Source of the DNA: a virus
Reading direction: 5' to 3' (one strand)
DNA length: 45,157 nt
Virus record (IMG/VR): IMGVR_UViG_3300001683_000005
Location: 1 to 45,157 of that record
Part shown: positions 40,154-45,157 of the stretch, piece after piece
Position numbering within the stretch: the stretch's first letter is position 1
How the letters are laid out: every line of letters begins with the position of its first letter
The notes under the pieces: model-generated
Database searches by the model: none
What the model saw: only the letters and a program-made list of their open reading frames with translations
Told to the model about the DNA's origin: nothing
Program-made: the position numbers and the translations under genes

Positions 40154-40750
40154 ATGAAAAAGAAAGACCCTGAGTCCGTACCCAACATCCCTACTATAAC
40201 CGCTGGCCGCTCTGACAAGGTGGGCCAATATCTTGTGCGTGAACTTCTCAAGGACCGAATGGAGAAGAACATAGCGAAGGGAATGACCTTTAAGGACGCG
40301 GCGGAGAGTGCTGGCATTCCGTATGAGGTGGCTATATCGAGGGCCACCACGGACTCGGAGTTCCAGCGTTGGCTGGCTGCTGCGCCGGACAAGGGCCAGG
40401 AGGAGATCAAGGGGGGGCTGAAGACTGGGCTCCAGATCAAGGGTGAGTTCATGAACAGGTTGGCCAAGGTGGGCCTGTTTGACAAGATTGCCCAGATGGC
40501 TGAGGACGCCGACCCCGCCACTCCCGAGGGCCAGCAAATGCTAGGCTTCTTCATGAGGTATGTGGTTAAGGACATCCTTCCGAAGGAGAGCGCCACGAAG
40601 GTGGAGCAGACGACGAAGGTGGAGCATTCTGATATGACTGACGAGCAACTGCTCTTGCAACTGGAGGCGAGGCGGGCCAAGCGACTGGCCCTCCAGCAGC
40701 GTGCTGAGGAGATCGAACTCAGTGAAGGGGGGAGCGCAGTTGGCCATTAG
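40154..40750 (+). CDS. Small terminase subunit candidate, 198 aa
   Basis: First gene of the late block, immediately upstream of and overlapping the large terminase. HTH-like segment KGMTFKDAAESAGIPYEVAISRA. Coiled, charged C-terminus. Confidence 0.55.
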   Translation: MKKKDPESVPNIPTITAGRSDKVGQYLVRELLKDRMEKNIAKGMTFKDAAESAGIPYEVAISRATTDSEFQRWLAAAPDKGQEEIKGGLKTGLQIKGEFMNRLAKVGLFDKIAQMAEDADPATPEGQQMLGFFMRYVVKDILPKESATKVEQTTKVEHSDMTDEQLLLQLEARRAKRLALQQRAEEIELSEGGSAVGH

Positions 40751-42197
40751 CGACGACGAGCGTGACCGCCTCATGGGTGAACTGGCCCTGGAAGAGGAAC
40801 TGGTAAGAAGGCTCGACGGCAACCCCCTTGCTCAGTTGAAGCCCAATCCTCGCCAGTGGGACTTTCTGAACTCAGCCACCCACGAGACCATGTTCAGCGG
40901 CCTCAATCAGGCTGGTAAGAGCACGGCCCTCTGCCTGAAGGCTGCCTACCACCTCACGGGGATCTACCCCAAGGAATACACGGGTCCAAGGTTTGACGGC
41001 CCGATCAACTCAGCCATTGGTGGTGAGACTGCCCAGTCCACCCGAGACCTCTTATGTGACCGCTTGCTGGGCACTTTAGGTGAGCGTGGCACGGGCTACA
41101 TTCCGAGTGAGTGCGTGGACGAGGCGAAGATAACAAGGCTCACTGGCGGCATTCCCAACCAGATCGACTTCTTCCAGGTCAAGCACCACGATAAGAACGG
41201 GGCCTTTGACGGGTGGAGTAAGTGCTTTGTGTTCTCTTATTCGAGTGGCTGGCAGCGCCTTCAGGGCTACACGCTCCACTGGATAGGGTGTGACGAGGAA
41301 CCGAAGTTCGACATTTACGACGAGTTCAGTGCGAGGCTCAATGCAACCAACGGCTACATGGACATGGCCCTGACTCCGCTCCAGGGCGAGACTGCCCTCT
41401 ATCTGCTCTTTGAGGAGGATAAGAGTGGCGTGCGGGTCATGATTAACTACGACATCATGGACACCGACCACATGACGGACGACGACCGCACCCGTCTGAT
41501 TGGCAAGTATGAGAACCACCCACTGGCTGAGGCCCGTCTCCATGGCCGTCCAGTAAGAGGGGAGGGGCTTGTCTACACCACCCCTGACCACATATTGGAG
41601 ATAGAGGACTTTCTTATTCCGGAGCACTGGAAAGAGATCATTGGCCTGGACTTCCCCCACGGCACGGGCGTGTTTGCTGCGGTGAAGATGGTCTACAACC
41701 CTGACGACGATGTGCTCTATTTAGTGAGTGAGTACAAGGACGAGGGCAGGGAGAGCGTGGTCTATGCTGACCGGGTGCGCCTCATGGGGGGTGGCACTTG
41801 CCCGGTGGCTTGGCCCCACGACGGTGCCCGCACATTCACCGACGGCTCCACCATAGCGAAGAAGTATAAGGGGTACGGGCTTGCAATGTTGCCCGGTCCC
41901 GCTCATTTTGTTACGCTAGAGGGTAAGAAGACTTTCGCCATCATGAGTGCGGTTGAGGAGATGGTGGACCGAATGCAGACGGGCAGGTTCCGTGTGTTCA
42001 AGTCATCGTGTCATAAGTGGTTCCGGGAAAAGCGCCGCTACAAGCACAACGCTGGCAGGATTGCGACAAAACAGGACGACCACCTCATAGACGCCATGCA
42101 CAAGGCGATCATGATGTTGAGGGAGGCTAGGCCCTCCAATGAAACAAAAGAAATGATAGCCCCGCGAATGCCGGAGCATGACTTCTTCGGTGGATAA
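40740..42197 (+). CDS. terL: Large terminase subunit (about 485 aa; start TTG 40740, or GTG 40701 / ATG 40773)
   Basis: Walker A SGLNQAGKST, Walker B-like LHWIGCDEEP, and nuclease-domain acidic motifs IIGLDFPHG and KQDDHLIDAMHKA. The TTG at 40740 has GAAGGGGGG 7 nt upstream. Confidence 0.8.
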   Translation: MAISDDERDRLMGELALEEELVRRLDGNPLAQLKPNPRQWDFLNSATHETMFSGLNQAGKSTALCLKAAYHLTGIYPKEYTGPRFDGPINSAIGGETAQSTRDLLCDRLLGTLGERGTGYIPSECVDEAKITRLTGGIPNQIDFFQVKHHDKNGAFDGWSKCFVFSYSSGWQRLQGYTLHWIGCDEEPKFDIYDEFSARLNATNGYMDMALTPLQGETALYLLFEEDKSGVRVMINYDIMDTDHMTDDDRTRLIGKYENHPLAEARLHGRPVRGEGLVYTTPDHILEIEDFLIPEHWKEIIGLDFPHGTGVFAAVKMVYNPDDDVLYLVSEYKDEGRESVVYADRVRLMGGGTCPVAWPHDGARTFTDGSTIAKKYKGYGLAMLPGPAHFVTLEGKKTFAIMSAVEEMVDRMQTGRFRVFKSSCHKWFREKRRYKHNAGRIATKQDDHLIDAMHKAIMMLREARPSNETKEMIAPRMPEHDFFGG

Positions 42198-42208
42198 GAG
42201 GAGGCCCA

Positions 42209-43879
42209 GTGTCTAAGGATCTTGATGAACTGATTGACCGCCTGGAGTACATGAAGGGCTTGAGGTACAACGACGAGCAGACTTGGCAAGAGATTAGCGA
42301 CCTCATGATGCCTTTCCGTGGGGATATCACCACCACCAAGAGCACTGGTAGCCGGAGGGTTTCCCCGGTATTTGACAGCACGGCCATGCAGGCTGCTGAC
42401 ACCTTCGTCAACTTTATCAAGGGCGCAGTGATCCCCGGCAACCTGGACTGGCTCAAACTGGAGGCATCGGCCCCATTCACTGACGACCTGAAGGTGCAAG
42501 AGGTTCTGGACCTCACCTCCACCAAGATCCTGGAGGCCCTCTCGGGCTCCAACTTCTATATGCAGGCCACGGCCTTCCTGCGGGACTTTGCCGTGCTTGG
42601 TAATGGGACCATGTTCGTGAACGAGCGTCCCCCCCAACTGAACCGCTCTGGCTCCACCTTTGGTGGCCTCAGTTTCGAGGCTGTCCCGGTGAGCAGAATG
42701 TGGTGGTCTACGGGAGCGGAGCAGGCCCCGACTATCATGGCGAGGGTGTTTGAACTACCAGCCCTTGACGCTTTCAAGTTCTTTGATGGCAAGCCGGGCG
42801 CTGCCTGCCTGGAGATGCTTGAGAGAGATCGAATGGGCACGGTGGAGTATTTCCACTTCTGTTACGAGAACGAGGACAAGATTCCTGGCGGCATTTCGTC
42901 GGCCATGGAGAAGCCTTGGGTGAGCCAGTTCCTGTCCCTGGGGGCCAGACCGGAGATCATTCGAGAGGGTGGATTTGAGTTCTGCCCCTACATAATCAGC
43001 CGCTGGATGGTGGTTGACGGCGAGACCTATGGGCGAGGAAGAGGGCACTTGGCCCGGCCAGACACAAAGGGCGTGAATGAGTTGCGTAGGCAGATCCTCA
43101 TTGCTGCTGGTAAAGATCTAAATCCCCCATTGATGGTGGAGCATGACACGATGGTCACCCTCGACTTCTCGCCCAACGGGATCATGGTGACCCGTCCCCC
43201 CATAAAAATGAACCCCACCTACCTGAAGAGTGATTCCAAGTACGAGGTGGCTGACGGCATTGCGAGGCTAGACCGTGACCAGATTGGTCGAGCCTTCATG
43301 AGCGAGGTGTTTGACGAGCCTGAGACCCAGCCCCGTAGTGCTGAGGAGAGCAGGCTCCGCCAGAGCAGGATGCTCCAGAAAATGGCAAGCCCAGCGGAAG
43401 TGATGAGCCATGAGTTCCTCACCCCTCTTATTGACGCCGTGGTGGAGTTAATGAGCAGGAATGGCGCCCTACCGGAACTGCAAGAGATTGTGGAGGGGGG
43501 CGTGGATGTGAACATCCACTACCAGAGTCCCGTCTTCACTGCGCAGAAAGCGAGCGGCGGGAGCAAGGTTCAGGCCTTCCTGGAGAGACGACTCATGTTA
43601 TTCCAGGCCACCCAAGACCCCGCTTGGCTGGATGATATAGACTACGACGCTATAACGGCCTACGATGCAAGGACCGCCGATGTGCCAGCGGAGATATTCC
43701 GCACACAGGAAGAGGTGGCAATGCGGAGGGAGGCCCGTGCGCAGGCACAGGCCCAACAAATGATGATGGAACAAGCACAACAAGCGGCACAGATTGCTGC
43801 CGCACAAGGAGGAGGCCCAGAGGGGATGGCGCCAGAGCCAGCCCTTCCAGGCATGACGGAAGGACCACCGATTGGGTAA
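42209..43879 (+). CDS. Portal (head-to-tail connector) protein, 556 aa
   Basis: GTG start with GAGGAGG SD. Located between terL and the scaffold gene. Its size and the Gln/Ala-rich C-terminal tail (AQAQAQQMMMEQAQQAAQIAAAQ) fit a podovirus connector. Confidence 0.75.
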   Translation: MSKDLDELIDRLEYMKGLRYNDEQTWQEISDLMMPFRGDITTTKSTGSRRVSPVFDSTAMQAADTFVNFIKGAVIPGNLDWLKLEASAPFTDDLKVQEVLDLTSTKILEALSGSNFYMQATAFLRDFAVLGNGTMFVNERPPQLNRSGSTFGGLSFEAVPVSRMWWSTGAEQAPTIMARVFELPALDAFKFFDGKPGAACLEMLERDRMGTVEYFHFCYENEDKIPGGISSAMEKPWVSQFLSLGARPEIIREGGFEFCPYIISRWMVVDGETYGRGRGHLARPDTKGVNELRRQILIAAGKDLNPPLMVEHDTMVTLDFSPNGIMVTRPPIKMNPTYLKSDSKYEVADGIARLDRDQIGRAFMSEVFDEPETQPRSAEESRLRQSRMLQKMASPAEVMSHEFLTPLIDAVVELMSRNGALPELQEIVEGGVDVNIHYQSPVFTAQKASGGSKVQAFLERRLMLFQATQDPAWLDDIDYDAITAYDARTADVPAEIFRTQEEVAMRREARAQAQAQQMMMEQAQQAAQIAAAQGGGPEGMAPEPALPGMTEGPPIG

Positions 43880-44177
43880 CAACGAGGAGATGAACAAGGT
43901 TAATGACTCCATGTACACCGTGGACGATAAGACCATGCTTATTGATGTGTGTCTTTTATTCGAGAGCGATCTCGGTAAGAAGGTGCTGGGGTACATGGAA
44001 ACGCTGAGTGGGGCCATGCACTCCCTTGAGCCGGAAGAGGTGGAGGCCCGTGAAACTGGTAAGAGTGTGCCCATCTGCCCGATAGGAATGAGCAAGCGGA
44101 ATGGCCAGAGGGCCTTCTACTGGCGTATTATTGCAATGATTGGTGAGGGTGACCGACTCCGAGGGGGGATTGAATGA
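43872..44177 (+). CDS. Hypothetical head-module protein, about 101 aa (start uncertain: TTG 43872, ATG 43890 or 43911)
   Basis: ORF between the portal and scaffold genes. ATGA-coupled to the scaffold gene. Confidence 0.45.
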   Translation: MGNNEEMNKVNDSMYTVDDKTMLIDVCLLFESDLGKKVLGYMETLSGAMHSLEPEEVEARETGKSVPICPIGMSKRNGQRAFYWRIIAMIGEGDRLRGGIE

Positions 44178-44986
44178 GCGACCTGAATGAAACTTTACCA
44201 GACGACTTCGAGGGCCGGGCAGGCTTGGCGGAGAAGTTTGGCACCGTGGCAGACCTAGCAACCTCTTATCAAGCCCTCCAGGGGCAGATGGGCGGAAGTG
44301 CCAGGGTTCCAGGCGAGGACGCCTCCCCTGAGGATTGGCGCTCCTTCTACACCAAGATGGGCGCCCCGGTCAGCGTTGAGGGCTATGGGGTGCCAGAGGA
44401 CATGGACGCTGGAACCAAGTCCCAGTTGGTTGGCCTCAGACAGCAGGCCCTGGATTCCGGGCTCACCTCAAAGCAGTGGGATAGCCTGATTGGAACGGTG
44501 GCCACTGGTGCGTCCTCCCAGATAGAGAGCCACCGAGCCCTCCTCGAAGCCACCAAGGAGGAGTGGGCCACCCAGTCCAGGAAGAAGTACGGCGACCAGT
44601 TCGATTCAAAACTGGCCATGGCGGAACGAACCTATCGTCACATTGTTGGCGACGACGCAGAGGTGGGCGCTCTCCTGGAGAGCACTGGGCTCAATAAGAA
44701 CCCTAGATTACTGGACCTATTTATGAAGGTTGGAGAACAAATGGCAGACGATACGATTCCAGCCGACGCTGGTGGAGCCCCTCAGGGCAATGCGAACTCT
44801 CTGGCCATGCGGGCCAGGAAACTACTCAAGGAGGGTGCAGTTAACAATCCGCGCCACCCTGACTATGAGGAAGCCTACCAGGAGTACATGAGAATCCAGT
44901 CCAATCTCATGGAGCAGGGCTTTGCCGGGATAACAGATCCCCGCCTCAAAGAAACCCAGGAGTTCCCCCTTTACGAAGATGCGTAA
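44174..44986 (+). CDS. Scaffolding protein candidate, 270 aa
   Basis: Charged protein with predicted helices, located between the portal and major capsid genes (the T7 gp9 position). Confidence 0.6.
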   Translation: MSDLNETLPDDFEGRAGLAEKFGTVADLATSYQALQGQMGGSARVPGEDASPEDWRSFYTKMGAPVSVEGYGVPEDMDAGTKSQLVGLRQQALDSGLTSKQWDSLIGTVATGASSQIESHRALLEATKEEWATQSRKKYGDQFDSKLAMAERTYRHIVGDDAEVGALLESTGLNKNPRLLDLFMKVGEQMADDTIPADAGGAPQGNANSLAMRARKLLKEGAVNNPRHPDYEEAYQEYMRIQSNLMEQGFAGITDPRLKETQEFPLYEDA

Positions 44987-45066
44987 GACCTGATAGAGTG
45001 AACCTGTTCGATAACCCTAAGGGCCGGGCTGACCGCAGGAAAGACTGCCGAAGGGGCTCGCGTGTG

Positions 45067-45157
45067 AGCCAAGGGAAGCCCGGTGTCGGACAACTTCTCG
45101 TAGTTTGATAAAACAATAAACTACGCAAGGAATCTGCCACCATGGCTATTACCAACT
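45067..45157. repeat. Terminal direct repeat, right copy (identical to 1-91)
   Basis: Same 91 nt as bases 1-91, compared base by base. Confidence 0.95.

Overview
The window is a complete, G+C-rich (about 60% by eye) dsDNA phage genome. Bases 1-91 are identical to 45067-45157, so the contig closes on itself with a unit length of 45,066 bp. No homology search was possible; every functional call rests on motifs I could read, gene order and recollection of protein families.

There are three parts.
(1) A rightward late block runs 40154 -> end/wrap -> 27418 and has T7-type podovirus synteny. In order: small and large terminase, portal, scaffold, major capsid, three small paralogous structural proteins, a strong intrinsic terminator, a gp11-like adaptor carrying a 640-aa repeat-rich N-terminal extension, and a gp12-like nozzle. 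These are followed by an unusually large internal/ejection-protein module (9443-25890, 36% of the genome, including ORFs of 1614 and 2343 aa), small membrane, cationic and lipoprotein lysis-type genes, and a PD-(D/E)xK nuclease.
(2) A leftward early block runs 38875 -> 27335 and holds about 22 translationally coupled genes (ATGA/GTGA overlaps). It includes an Erf annealase, a YqaJ exonuclease, two XRE HTH regulators, a MoxR-type AAA+ ATPase plus a vWA (MIDAS) protein, and many orphans.
(3) A 1.28-kb non-coding, strand-asymmetric, repeat-rich control region spans 38876-40153.

I could not recognise a DNA or RNA polymerase, primase/helicase, integrase, endolysin, tRNA or CRISPR array.

The most unusual signals are these:
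- The heptamer CTCTTAT/ATAAGAG occurs at least 43 times, against about 2-4 expected from base composition, in all three codon phases and on both strands.
- The reading frame of the 2343-aa ORF stays open and looks coding for 267 nt upstream of its first ATG/GTG/TTG, across the stop of the 1614-aa ORF. This suggests +1 recoding into a protein of about 4,027 aa, non-canonical initiation, or an indel.
- Both giant proteins carry an AVHEIxH zincin-like motif.
- There are two polycationic Lys/Pro-rich products (27 aa and 93 aa).
- The lysis cassette has a u-spanin-like lipoprotein but no recognisable muralytic enzyme.
- Sequence cassettes recur at early-gene junctions and promoters.
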